Origin: Promethearchaeota archaeon
GTDB taxonomy: Archaea > Asgardarchaeota > Lokiarchaeia > Sigyniarchaeales > SOKP01
Direction: 5' to 3'
DNA length: 64,000 nt
Assembly: GCA_019058295.1 (NCBI GenBank)
Contig: JAHPZI010000014.1
Span: 32,001 to 96,000 of the forward strand
Shown here: one piece after another, positions 43,459 through 53,482 of the stretch
Numbering within the stretch: the first letter of the stretch is position 1
Layout of the letters: every line of letters begins with the position of its first letter
The notes under the pieces: model-generated
What the model was told of the DNA's origin: nothing
The model's database searches: none
Seen by the model: the letters and a program-made list of their open reading frames with translations, nothing else
Made by a program: the position numbers and the translations under genes

Positions 43459-44841
43459 TTAATTTATTTTTGGTCTTGGCATTATTTTAAATGAATACGC
43501 AATGGCATGGCTTAAATTTTTTGGAATTAAAATCTTTAAATTGTTATTCTCTTGTTTCCAAATTAGATTTTCTTCGTGTCCTAACAAGTGAACCGTGGAA
43601 TCCTTACTAATATTAAGAGATTTTATTGAAATATGATTATCTTTTGGTGTATCTAATAAAATAGCGTACAAACAATCTTTTTTTTGGGTATATCTCACAT
43701 CAATACCACCTGAAGTTTGTCCTTCAGCCTTAGACCAAGGGCGAGTTCCATAAATTGCATCTCCGTTCACTTCCAACCATTTACCAAGTCCTAATAAACA
43801 CTTCTTTTGAAAATCTGGGATTGTGCCATCAGCCATAGGACCTACATTTAGCAATAGGTTCCCGTTTTTACTCACTATATCAACAAACATTCGCACTAAT
43901 TCTTCCGAGTTCATGTAATCCTTTTCAGTTTCAAATTTATTGTATCCATAAGAATTACCAACACCCCGAGTGCATTCCCATTTTCTTTTTTGGGTTCTAT
44001 TAAATACCTCATATTCAGGAGTGGAGAAATCTTTAAAAGTAATATTTGTATTTTTTTTGCCTTCAATGAATGGTTGCCTCCACCTATCGTTTATTACGCC
44101 ATCGGGGTGTTTATTAAAGAAATACGCAAACAATTCATAAAGGTTAGTATGTGGTGGATATCCGATATCATTCCAAAGGATAATAGGGTCATAATTATCA
44201 ATCAATTCATACCAATGGTTATCTGCATATTTAGTGTACTCGGGAGTCTTAACACCATTTTCTAAAAAGCTTTTAGCATCTTTTATTGGATTTGGCTCAA
44301 AAGACCAATCAAGAATACCCGAGTAATAAAATCCCATTCTTAATCCCGCTTCTTTAACGACATTAGTGAGCTCCTTTACAATATTTCTACCGGCACAATA
44401 GTTTTCTTTATTTGGATTCTTGTATTTACTTGGCCATAAAGTAAATCCATCATGATGCTTTGTAACCAATACGACATACTTAGCCCCCACCTTTTTGAAT
44501 AAATCCACCATTTCTTGTGGATCCCATTTTTGAATCTCTTCATTAAAGATTGGAACAAAATTATCATAGGAATAATCTTCTCCATAGGTTTCTTTATGAT
44601 ATTTCTCAGTCGGACTTCCAGGGATTCTTAATGAGTTTAAATACCACTCCGCATAAGGATTATTCTTAAAATGCCCTTCTAACCCTAATTTTTCCATAGT
44701 TTCAGTTATGTCCATACCAGTAACCGCAAATGCAGGCACAGAATAAAGACCCCAATGGATAAAAATGCCGAGTTTTGTGTCATGAAACCACTGTGGAACC
44801 TCATGATTTCTTATAGACTTTTTATCAGGTGTATATTTCAT
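43459..44841 (-). CDS. GH29 alpha-L-fucosidase
   Basis: GIFIHWGLYSVP, YAEWY, KHHDGF, LWND, VSKNGNLLLNVGP. Confidence 0.95.
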   Translation of the reverse strand: MKYTPDKKSIRNHEVPQWFHDTKLGIFIHWGLYSVPAFAVTGMDITETMEKLGLEGHFKNNPYAEWYLNSLRIPGSPTEKYHKETYGEDYSYDNFVPIFNEEIQKWDPQEMVDLFKKVGAKYVVLVTKHHDGFTLWPSKYKNPNKENYCAGRNIVKELTNVVKEAGLRMGFYYSGILDWSFEPNPIKDAKSFLENGVKTPEYTKYADNHWYELIDNYDPIILWNDIGYPPHTNLYELFAYFFNKHPDGVINDRWRQPFIEGKKNTNITFKDFSTPEYEVFNRTQKRKWECTRGVGNSYGYNKFETEKDYMNSEELVRMFVDIVSKNGNLLLNVGPMADGTIPDFQKKCLLGLGKWLEVNGDAIYGTRPWSKAEGQTSGGIDVRYTQKKDCLYAILLDTPKDNHISIKSLNISKDSTVHLLGHEENLIWKQENNNLKILIPKNLSHAIAYSFKIMPRPKIN

Positions 44842-44878
44842 CTTTCACATTATTCAATTTTATTATTCTTTTTATTTC

Positions 44879-45466
44879 TTAGAAATTTCTTTTTAGAAAT
44901 GAAATTAGCTTTCTAATTGCCTGACCTCGGTGAGAGATTTCATTTTTTTCTTGAGGAGAAAGCTCTGAAAATGTCTTATTTGGAATTAAATCTGGGATAA
45001 ATATTGGGTCAAAACCAAATCCTCCCTTTCCTTTGATTTTATCTGATACCTTTCCTCTCACTTCGCCTTCAAATATCAGAATTTTATCTAATGGCTTAAA
45101 ATATAAAGCTATTACAGCAGAAAAATGTGCTCGGGATCCCTCGAAATCGTCAATTAATCTTAAAATGCCTTCATCTCCTATACTCTTAAACACATAAGAA
45201 GAATAAACACCCGGAAATCCTTTTAATGGTTTGTCTACAAAAAATCCTGAGTCTTCAATGAAGAAAGAACTATTTATTTTGTCTTTAACCGAATTTAATT
45301 TAAATAAAGCAACATCGTTTATATTATCTGCTTGAATTTCAATTGTTTCTAGGTTTAATTGTTGCAATGTAAATTTAACTTTTTGAGTCTGAAATATTTT
45401 CGAAACTTCATTGAATTTGCTTTTATTTCCTGTAACAAAATATAATCTTAAATTTTCGTTCTGCAT
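44879..45466 (-). CDS. rdgB: XTP/dITP diphosphatase (HAM1/RdgB family)
   Basis: TGNKSK, EDSG, GFPGVYS, GFGFDPIF, KNEISHR. Confidence 0.95.
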   Translation of the reverse strand: MQNENLRLYFVTGNKSKFNEVSKIFQTQKVKFTLQQLNLETIEIQADNINDVALFKLNSVKDKINSSFFIEDSGFFVDKPLKGFPGVYSSYVFKSIGDEGILRLIDDFEGSRAHFSAVIALYFKPLDKILIFEGEVRGKVSDKIKGKGGFGFDPIFIPDLIPNKTFSELSPQEKNEISHRGQAIRKLISFLKRNF

Positions 45467-45627
45467 AATTCTATATAAAATTAGATAGAAAATAAAAATA
45501 GCAACTTAAAGAATTGATTAAATTCCAAAATTTTATTTATTTTGCTCTATTATAACTCTAAAGTATTATGGAATTGTTTTTGAATTAAGTTTTTAATTTT
45601 AATAATTAGAAACTAAAATCTGAAATT

Positions 45628-46086
45628 ATGGCAAGACTTCACAGTAGAAAGAAAGGGAAAAGTGGAAGTACTAGACCTCCACGATTGGAGAAACCTGATT
45701 GGATTGAGAGATCCGCGGAGGAAGTTGAAAATTTAGTTGTCAAATTAGCCAAAAAAGGATACTCTAAATCAATAATAGGAGATATATTAAGGGATAGCTA
45801 TGGAATACCCTTAGTAAAGGTAGTTTCTGGAAAAAAAATAAGCCAAATTCTCAAAGAAAATGAAATTGAATCTTCTCTTCCCGAAGATCTAACAAATTTA
45901 GTAAAAAAGGCTCTAAATATAAGAAAGCATATTGAATCGAACCATAAGGATCTTGAAGGAAAAAAAGGATTACAACGGACAGAATCTAAAATATATCGCT
46001 TAATTAAATATTATAAAAAGACTAGTGTATTACCGATGGACTTCAAATACGATCCCGAAAAGATTAGAACAATTGTAGCTAAATAA
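45628..46086 (+). CDS. rps15: 30S ribosomal protein uS15 (S15/S13e)
   Basis: MARLHSRKKGKSGS, LRDSYGIP, PEDL, ESKIYRLIKYYK. Confidence 0.97.
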   Translation: MARLHSRKKGKSGSTRPPRLEKPDWIERSAEEVENLVVKLAKKGYSKSIIGDILRDSYGIPLVKVVSGKKISQILKENEIESSLPEDLTNLVKKALNIRKHIESNHKDLEGKKGLQRTESKIYRLIKYYKKTSVLPMDFKYDPEKIRTIVAK

Positions 46087-46118
46087 TTTATTTTTACACA
46101 TAAACGAATTTTGATAAA

Positions 46119-46895
46119 ATGAGTCAGAAAGCTAAAAGGAAAAAAAAAGCTAAGATTAAAAAAGTATCATTTAAAGATAAGGATTGGTATGAAATTATTA
46201 CCCCTAAAATCTTTAAATTTAAACCTATAGGAGAAATTCTTGGATTAGATAATACTGTTTTAGGTCGAACAGTAGAAGCCTTATTATTCGATTTTACTGA
46301 TGATTTCAATGATATTAATTTAAAGTTAAGGTTCAAGGTTATAAATGTTAATCCTGAGACAAAAAAATGCGAGACTATGTTTCTTGGTCATCAATATACT
46401 AATGATTTCGTTCGGAGTCTCGTTGGGAGGGGAGCTACGAAGATTCAAACAATTCAAAATCTTACAACTAAAGATGGTTTTATATTCCGTGTTACAACTA
46501 TATGTAATACAATTAAACGAGCGAGAAATTCTCAACAAATTATAATTCGAAAAATAATGCGAGACATTTTAAAAGAATTTGCTAAGTCATTAAATCACGA
46601 AAAATTTATTATTGGAATGATTTATGGAGAATTTCAAAATCAAATTGCAAGAGTTGCTAAAAGTATTTATCCATTATCTAGTTCCAAACTCATTAAGAGT
46701 ATTTTAATCTCTTCTCCTGAGGGGATTAAAGATAAGGCTGTAAGCCCAGATGAACAATTTGAGATAGTGGAAGTTGATGTAAAAAGGAGTCGTAAATCTG
46801 AGATTAAACGAACAGAGCGCATCAATGTAAAGAAATTTGTACAAAAAAAAAAAGCGATTAATAATAAAAAAGAAGAATCCACGACCTCTGATTAA
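46119..46895 (+). CDS. rps3ae: 30S ribosomal protein eS1 (S3Ae)
   Basis: KDWYEIITP, GRTVE, KLRFKV, DFVRSLV, TKDG, SIYPL; charged C-terminal extension. Confidence 0.95.
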   Translation: MSQKAKRKKKAKIKKVSFKDKDWYEIITPKIFKFKPIGEILGLDNTVLGRTVEALLFDFTDDFNDINLKLRFKVINVNPETKKCETMFLGHQYTNDFVRSLVGRGATKIQTIQNLTTKDGFIFRVTTICNTIKRARNSQQIIIRKIMRDILKEFAKSLNHEKFIIGMIYGEFQNQIARVAKSIYPLSSSKLIKSILISSPEGIKDKAVSPDEQFEIVEVDVKRSRKSEIKRTERINVKKFVQKKKAINNKKEESTTSD

Positions 46896-47105
46896 AATAT
46901 TCATATAGGAATATTAAAGAATAACCTTATTCTTTCTAAAAAATTTAGATCTTTAAGTTTTTGAATAATTAGAATAATTTCTTTTTGATTTATCTTTATG
47001 TCGTTTTGTTATTAAGAGTTAAATTTTAATTTTTTATGGGTAAATATATATAATAAAGCCTAAATTCTTTTAATTTGATATAAATTAATAATAAAAGGTA
47101 AAAAC

Positions 47106-48875
47106 ATGTGTGCCCAAATTAATGAGGAAGGAAATAGAAATAATCCATACTCTTTTGACGATTATCTATTTGTCAGAAATCAATTTAATTATTATAAAGA
47201 TGACGAATTTTTCCAAGCTTTAGTTAAAAAGTATACTGGAGATGAATTCGAAAAAATAAATAAAGAACTTCTTGCTCTTTCTGATTATGTGTCTTTTAGA
47301 TTTAGGGATTTAGCTGATAAAAGTAATGATCTTGAAAATCGAATAAAAGTTACCAAAATAAAACACTATGATGCTCATAATCATAGAATTGACAGAATAG
47401 AGCGATGTGCTGAAACTGAAATTTTAGAGAGAGAGATATTCAGTCTTGGATTGTTCGATCCTAATAGGAATAGTCCATGGAGTAGATTTGCGAAATTGTT
47501 TTTATTATCTCAAAATAGCGAATTCGGTGTTATCTGCCCCATAGTATGTACTCATGGAATGGTTTGGCTCCTGCAGCAATATGAAGACATGTTAGATCCC
47601 GAAGCATTAAAAATTCTGGAACATGTTCGAAATGGCACGGGCGAATATAGTAATGGTGAATATGGCAGAGGAGCTCAATTTGTTACTGAAATTCAAGGAG
47701 GTAGTGATGTTCCATCAAATCTTGTTGAAGCTGTTTTTGAGGAGGCTGAAGGTCCTGATGGGATCTCGAATTGCTGGAGACTTTATGGACAGAAATTTTT
47801 TTGTTCAGCAGCACATGCTGATTATGCTGTGGTAACAGCTAAACCTAAAGGAACCCCTACATCAACTAAAATTGCGGTGTTTGCCGTTCCAGCTTGGTTA
47901 CCAAAAAATAAGGAGAAAGAAATAAGAAATTCCTATACAATAGATAGACTTAAACCAAAACTAGGAACTGCAGAATTACCAACAGCAGAAATAACATATA
48001 ATGGTGCTGTTGCCTATCCTATAGGGCCTCTTGAAAAAGGATTAGCTGACATTGTTGGGATTGTTCTTTCATTATCACGATTAGATATTGGATTATCAAT
48101 GGCAAGTGGAGCATTGAGAGTTGCTCGTGAAGCTACATTATATGCTCAATTTAGAACCGCATTTGGAGTTCCCGTATCAAACTTTCCTTTAATGATAAAT
48201 CAAATTAATGATTTAAATCACACAGCTATGAGATCTGCAGCAGGAGCTTTTAAAGTATATTCTGAATTTATTCATTTTGGTGAAGAACTAATTGCGGGAT
48301 TAAGAGACTTGGAAAAAATTGGAGATATAACTGAACGTAAACGACGATTTAGGCTACGTGAACTTGTAATGTTGCAAAAGATTGTCGTATGCGACGAAGC
48401 TCCAGCTTTGATAAGAATGGCAATCTCATTTTTTGGAGGGCATGGAATTATGGAAGATTTCTTGTCATTTCCACGCGTGCATCGTGATTCTATGATTATG
48501 GAGCTCTGGGAGGGACCTCGCAACGTTTTACTTACTCAGATTCATCGTGATTTTCAAAGAGTCAAAGATTGGTATCCTGCTGATGATTTTGCTCGAGATC
48601 TCCTAGCAGGTGCCAAATCTGATGTTGTTGAACCTTATGCTGCTGAGTTTCTCCGAATAATGTCTCATGAAAGCTTATTAAAAAATGATGCTGAAACCCT
48701 TGCTATATGTCGAGATTGGCAAGAATTTTCCAACAAGCTTTTACAAGCTTACCAGGATCAAGCACTTGCAGAACTCGATTATCAAGGTACGCCTTTAAAA
48801 TTTTCTCGTTTGTTGCGTAAATTTAAAAAGGAGGAAAAGAAAAAAAAGCAGGTTATTACCGAAGCGAATTCCTAA
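47106..48875 (+). CDS. Acyl-CoA dehydrogenase, AidB-like
   Basis: CPIVCT, TEIQGGSD, GQKFFCS, RLKPKLGT, GGHGIME, WEGPRN. Confidence 0.88.
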   Translation: MCAQINEEGNRNNPYSFDDYLFVRNQFNYYKDDEFFQALVKKYTGDEFEKINKELLALSDYVSFRFRDLADKSNDLENRIKVTKIKHYDAHNHRIDRIERCAETEILEREIFSLGLFDPNRNSPWSRFAKLFLLSQNSEFGVICPIVCTHGMVWLLQQYEDMLDPEALKILEHVRNGTGEYSNGEYGRGAQFVTEIQGGSDVPSNLVEAVFEEAEGPDGISNCWRLYGQKFFCSAAHADYAVVTAKPKGTPTSTKIAVFAVPAWLPKNKEKEIRNSYTIDRLKPKLGTAELPTAEITYNGAVAYPIGPLEKGLADIVGIVLSLSRLDIGLSMASGALRVAREATLYAQFRTAFGVPVSNFPLMINQINDLNHTAMRSAAGAFKVYSEFIHFGEELIAGLRDLEKIGDITERKRRFRLRELVMLQKIVVCDEAPALIRMAISFFGGHGIMEDFLSFPRVHRDSMIMELWEGPRNVLLTQIHRDFQRVKDWYPADDFARDLLAGAKSDVVEPYAAEFLRIMSHESLLKNDAETLAICRDWQEFSNKLLQAYQDQALAELDYQGTPLKFSRLLRKFKKEEKKKKQVITEANS

Positions 48876-48895
48876 GTAATAAGGGTTTTTTTTCA

Positions 48896-49798
48896 CTAAA
48901 ATTCTCTTTCTAAACCTAAAAAATAATCCTCCAAATATTTATATAGTTTAATATCTCCTGAGAATTCTTTATGTAGAATATATTCTTTAGAAATTTGGAT
49001 TTTTAATAACTTCATAAGATCTTTAATTTCAAAAAAATTCCCAGAAGCAAAAATGGTTAAAGAAAAATGGTTTTTATCAATTTGATCGTATAAAATTATT
49101 TTTTTGTTCTTCTTATCTTCTAAATCAAATATATGAATCTGTTTGATATTATACTTGTTAGTCCGTATTAAAGTATTCATTTCAATTGTAGCTAATTGCG
49201 CTGAAAAACTAGAATTATATAATTCAATATTTTCAGCGGTTATTTCTTTATTTAAATTATTTAAAAGAGTTGGCTCGAACAATTTTGATATTATTGGTAA
49301 TCCTTGGCTTGAGATTCCTCCATATAATAATTTATTAGTTGTATCATGATCAACTTCTTGTTTTATTTCCTCATGTTCTAAAAGAATTTCATATTTACTA
49401 CATAAAAAATCAGTAATATTATTAATAATTTCTTTAAATATTGGTTTTTTTGAACATCTTTCTAATAGATCTCCAGTATTATAATTAGCATTAACCTTTT
49501 GATAAAATTCTCCTAACATATTTTGAATCTCTTGAGAACTTTCTTCGTATTCACCGCTCACTAAAAAAAATAAATTTTTATTGGTTTCAGAAAGCTCATG
49601 TCGAATAAATAATCGTTCTTTTTCCTTGTCACTCTTTAAATAAATACTATTTAACCGCCATGTTCGTTTAGGATTAAAACTTCTAATGAGCTTCTCAACG
49701 AATAAAATTATTTCGAAGATATTATATTTTTCTTCGTTCGAACAATAAAGTATTTCATCTTTTAAGACAATTCCGTAGCTTATCTGTGTTTTTGTCAT
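48896..49798 (-). CDS. Hypothetical protein, probably two longin/roadblock-like domains
   Basis: Two alpha/beta modules. The second, SSQGLPIISKL...FSAQLATI, resembles a roadblock/longin pattern. Confidence 0.45.
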   Translation of the reverse strand: MTKTQISYGIVLKDEILYCSNEEKYNIFEIILFVEKLIRSFNPKRTWRLNSIYLKSDKEKERLFIRHELSETNKNLFFLVSGEYEESSQEIQNMLGEFYQKVNANYNTGDLLERCSKKPIFKEIINNITDFLCSKYEILLEHEEIKQEVDHDTTNKLLYGGISSQGLPIISKLFEPTLLNNLNKEITAENIELYNSSFSAQLATIEMNTLIRTNKYNIKQIHIFDLEDKKNKKIILYDQIDKNHFSLTIFASGNFFEIKDLMKLLKIQISKEYILHKEFSGDIKLYKYLEDYFLGLEREF

Positions 49799-50075
49799 GA
49801 GTAAGAATCTTAATACTTATAAAAGCTCTTAATTTTAAGTATTTTAAAGACAAAAAAGTAAAAATTTTTTAAGGCTTCTTCTTATCTTCTAAAAAGAATA
49901 AGTATTTTAATCTTTTATGAAAATTAATCAAAAATATTAATTTCCAATTATTTTAGAAATTAATAAGATTTAATATATCATTTACTAAAGAAAAATGATA
50001 TAAATTTATACGAATAGGAATTTGGAATTACATCCTATTAAAAAGCAATAATATCATTAAAAAAAATGGTTTTAG

Positions 50076-50882
50076 ATGGGGTCAAGAATTTTAAAACATA
50101 CTGAAAGAGAGAAAATTCACAAAGCTGCAGAACTTCTTTTTAATTCTAAAAGTGCCGTCGTATTGACGGGAGCGGGTATTTCGACAGAATCAGGAATACC
50201 CGATTTTAGAGGTGATCATGGAATATGGGAAAAATACAAACCCGAGATATACGGAAACATAAAATCTTTTATACGTGACCCTCAGAAATTTTGGCAAATG
50301 GCTGAAAAAGTAGCACCTAAATTATTCACAGCAAAACCTAATCCTGGTCATATTGCGCTCGCTGAACTTGAGGATATGGATCTTCTTAAAGCAATTATCA
50401 CTCAAAATATTGATGATTTACACCAGAAAGCTGGTTCAGTATTAGTATATGAGGTTCATGGTAATATTAATCGATTTAATTGTTTTGGATGTAGAGCATC
50501 ATACACAAAAAAACAAGTACTACAAAAATTGAAAAAAGAAAAAAGTTTTCCTCCTACATGTGATATATGCACTGCTCCATTAAAACCATCAGTTGTTCTG
50601 TTTGGAGAAGGTCTACCTACTTTTGAAATTTATCAATCCCAGGCATTAGCGCAAAAAGCAGATGTCATGTTAATTGCTGGATCTTCACTTTCAGTTGCTC
50701 CTGTTTGTGATTTACCGGCTTATACTTTAAGTGAAGGTGGCAAATTAATAATCATAAATGATAGACCTACACATTTAGATGATAAAGCAGAAATTGTAAT
50801 TCATCATAAAACTGGAACAATTTTGCCCTTAATCGTTGAAGAAATTAAAAAACTCAAGGCAGAAAAAGACTCAAATGTATAA
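50076..50882 (+). CDS. cobB: Sir2-family NAD-dependent protein deacylase
   Basis: TGAGISTESGIPDFRG, TQNID, HG, CxxC...CxxC, GSSLSV. Confidence 0.95.
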   Translation: MGSRILKHTEREKIHKAAELLFNSKSAVVLTGAGISTESGIPDFRGDHGIWEKYKPEIYGNIKSFIRDPQKFWQMAEKVAPKLFTAKPNPGHIALAELEDMDLLKAIITQNIDDLHQKAGSVLVYEVHGNINRFNCFGCRASYTKKQVLQKLKKEKSFPPTCDICTAPLKPSVVLFGEGLPTFEIYQSQALAQKADVMLIAGSSLSVAPVCDLPAYTLSEGGKLIIINDRPTHLDDKAEIVIHHKTGTILPLIVEEIKKLKAEKDSNV

Positions 50883-52461
50883 TGAAAACATAATTGTAAA
50901 GGATTGGCGAAATGTTGACCTATCATTTGGGCTGATTTACCCTAATGTTTATAAGATTGCTATGTCATCCTATTCAATTAGACTTCTTTACTTTATGATA
51001 AATTCGCACGAAAATTATGTTTGTGAGCGGATTTTCTTACCTGAGCGTATAAAATTTCCTGCCTCTCAAGATACAACTTCTGAAGACAGACTTAGAAGCA
51101 TTGAAAATAAAATTCTTCCGAACCAATTTGATATATTAGGATTTTCAATCCAATTTGAAAATGATTTTAAGAATATTTTATGGATATTAGAGAAAGCAGG
51201 GATTCCCTTAAATTATAAAGAGCGTAAAGAATCCTTTATTCAAAAAAAAGGAATATTCCCACTTATTGTCGGGGGAGGTCCTGTAGCAACTTCTAATCCT
51301 ATGCCTTTAAGTAAAGTATTTGATCTTTTTTTTATAGGAGATTCAGAACCAAATTTAGATTTCATCCTTAAATTATTTTTAAAGTACAAATCTAAAAACA
51401 TAACCTTCCTCAAATTTTTAAAATTAGCAACTTCTATTGAAGGTATTTACGTTCCTTCTCTTAGTAATAAGGTTAGAAGAGCTGTTCTTAAAAATCTTGA
51501 CGATTCATCAATTCCCAATTCCCAATTAATTACCAAAACTTCAAGTGAAAATGCGATATTTGAAGATAGATTTTTTATTGAAATAAATAGAGGCTGTCCG
51601 TTTCAATGCAAATTTTGTATTTCATCGTTTCATAATTCTCCTTTTAGAAATAGAAGTTTTGAAAACATATCAAATGCTATAGAAGAAGGAATAAGATATT
51701 CGGATTTTAAAACAATTAGTCTAATCGGTTCCTGTGTTTCTGCCCACCCAAAATTCTCCGAGATATGTGAATTTATAATTAATAAAGATAAAAGATTATC
51801 AATTCCTTCAATTCGAATAGAGCATCTAACATCTGAAGTGATTCAAATTCTTGAAAAAGGGGATATTAAAACAATTACAGTAGCACCAGAGACAGGATCG
51901 GAAAAATTAAGATATGAGTTAGGAAAAAAAATCTCAAACGATAAGATAATTTTACTCCTTAAAGAACTTAAAGATTCCAAAATTAAAAACGTAAAATTAT
52001 ATTTTTTAATAGGGCTCCCTAACGAAACTAAGCACGAAATAGACGAGACAATTGAATTCCTAAAAGAATTAGCTAATATAAATTTTGATAGAGCTTCTCT
52101 TAGAGTAAGTGTTAATCCATTAGTTCCTAAATTAAATACACCCTATGAAAAAGAGATTAACTCTTTTTTAAAAGAAAATATTAGGACCTTTAAGTTAAAA
52201 TATCAAAAATTAGAACAAGAATTAAAAAATATTTCGACAATTAAATTAAAATTTTTAAATTTAAAGGGTATTATTAATAATGCTAAATTACAAGCTTTAA
52301 TTTCTCTTGGGGATGAAAATATATGTGATCTTCTTATAAATTACTATTTAAACGGGGCTAATTTTGGATCTTTAAGAAGAACCCAAAAAGAGCAAAATTT
52401 CTCTATTGACGATTATTTCCTAAAAATCAAAGGTTGTTATACTCCTTGGAAATTTAACTAA
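50836..52461 (+). CDS. Radical SAM protein with B12-binding-like N-terminal domain
   Basis: EINRGCPFQCKFC, GGP, APETGSE, FLIGLP. Likely start is ATG 50875, overlapping the cobB stop. Confidence 0.88.
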   Translation: MKKLKNSRQKKTQMYNENIIVKDWRNVDLSFGLIYPNVYKIAMSSYSIRLLYFMINSHENYVCERIFLPERIKFPASQDTTSEDRLRSIENKILPNQFDILGFSIQFENDFKNILWILEKAGIPLNYKERKESFIQKKGIFPLIVGGGPVATSNPMPLSKVFDLFFIGDSEPNLDFILKLFLKYKSKNITFLKFLKLATSIEGIYVPSLSNKVRRAVLKNLDDSSIPNSQLITKTSSENAIFEDRFFIEINRGCPFQCKFCISSFHNSPFRNRSFENISNAIEEGIRYSDFKTISLIGSCVSAHPKFSEICEFIINKDKRLSIPSIRIEHLTSEVIQILEKGDIKTITVAPETGSEKLRYELGKKISNDKIILLLKELKDSKIKNVKLYFLIGLPNETKHEIDETIEFLKELANINFDRASLRVSVNPLVPKLNTPYEKEINSFLKENIRTFKLKYQKLEQELKNISTIKLKFLNLKGIINNAKLQALISLGDENICDLLINYYLNGANFGSLRRTQKEQNFSIDDYFLKIKGCYTPWKFN

Positions 52462-52467
52462 AAATCA

Positions 52468-53271
52468 TCAAAAGTTTAAAGTTTTCTTAGTAAAATTAAC
52501 AACTTTCTGTAAGTAATATTCAGCAACACCAAATTTTGTCCTTGTATCAAAAACTAAAATTACAAAATACAAATCTGCGATATAATCAGAAAAAATAAGT
52601 TCATTGTTTTTAGATGTATAGAATAATTTTAATATTGAATTATTACAGATTTTGACTCGAAAATCAACTTCTTTTGAAAAATTTCGTAGATCTATTCTCT
52701 TTAATGTAGAATAAATTACACGCCCTTTATCAGTTAATAAAATAATTCCCTTTATTTCAGTATTTAAGGAAAGTTCTTTTAAAAAATCAATAATTTTCTC
52801 TTCTTTTCGTAAATCAAATTCGGTGCTCAATGTATCTTTTATTAGGGCATCTATCTTGAGATCAAATTCTTCATCGTGAATGTATTCCATGTTGATATCA
52901 ATATTATTCTTACTTATATAATTAATAAATTGAGCATTAATTTTTGAGGCGATTTCATCTAAAAAAATAATATTTTCAGTTGCCTCTGTTAAAAAGCCAT
53001 AATAAATTGTATTTTTTTCAAATACAACTAATTTTACATCCGGCATTTCTATTGTTTTTACTTCATTTTTCAAAAGTTCCCTTGTAAATGACATTAGAGC
53101 TGAAAAAAAAGAACTTATAATTTGTTTACTTCCTATCTCGTAAGAAGATGTGAAGTTTCTACTATATAAACAGATTCCAGGCTTATTGAATATAAATAAG
53201 TTATGGATTTTCTTTTTAAAAGCAGATCTTTTTATTTTAAATAGTACTTTGGTTTTATCTTCGATGATCAT
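52468..53271 (-). CDS. Longin domain + roadblock-like domain protein
   Basis: IHNLFIFNKPGICLYSRNF...IISSFFSALMSFTREL (longin pattern), then IKGIILLTDKGRVIYS (roadblock pattern). Confidence 0.7.
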   Translation of the reverse strand: MIIEDKTKVLFKIKRSAFKKKIHNLFIFNKPGICLYSRNFTSSYEIGSKQIISSFFSALMSFTRELLKNEVKTIEMPDVKLVVFEKNTIYYGFLTEATENIIFLDEIASKINAQFINYISKNNIDINMEYIHDEEFDLKIDALIKDTLSTEFDLRKEEKIIDFLKELSLNTEIKGIILLTDKGRVIYSTLKRIDLRNFSKEVDFRVKICNNSILKLFYTSKNNELIFSDYIADLYFVILVFDTRTKFGVAEYYLQKVVNFTKKTLNF

Positions 53272-53482
53272 ATTATTTTTTTAAATTTAAAATATAAAAA
53301 GCTCGATTTTTCGTTGAAAGAAATTATGTTTGGAATTCAAAAGTTCATTAATAACTTAATAAAAGATCAAAAATTAATTATTAAAACCATTTATTTTATA
53401 AATTGCTAATCGATACATTTAAAAAGATTAGTATTAAAAATTAATATAATACAATCTATTTTAAATAAAAATCTAAAAAAAA

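Noticed and set aside
50076-50882. Sir2 as an anti-phage effector (Thoeris/DSR type)
   Set aside because: It has the Zn-binding module and full motifs of housekeeping CobB-type deacylases, and no defence partners are adjacent.
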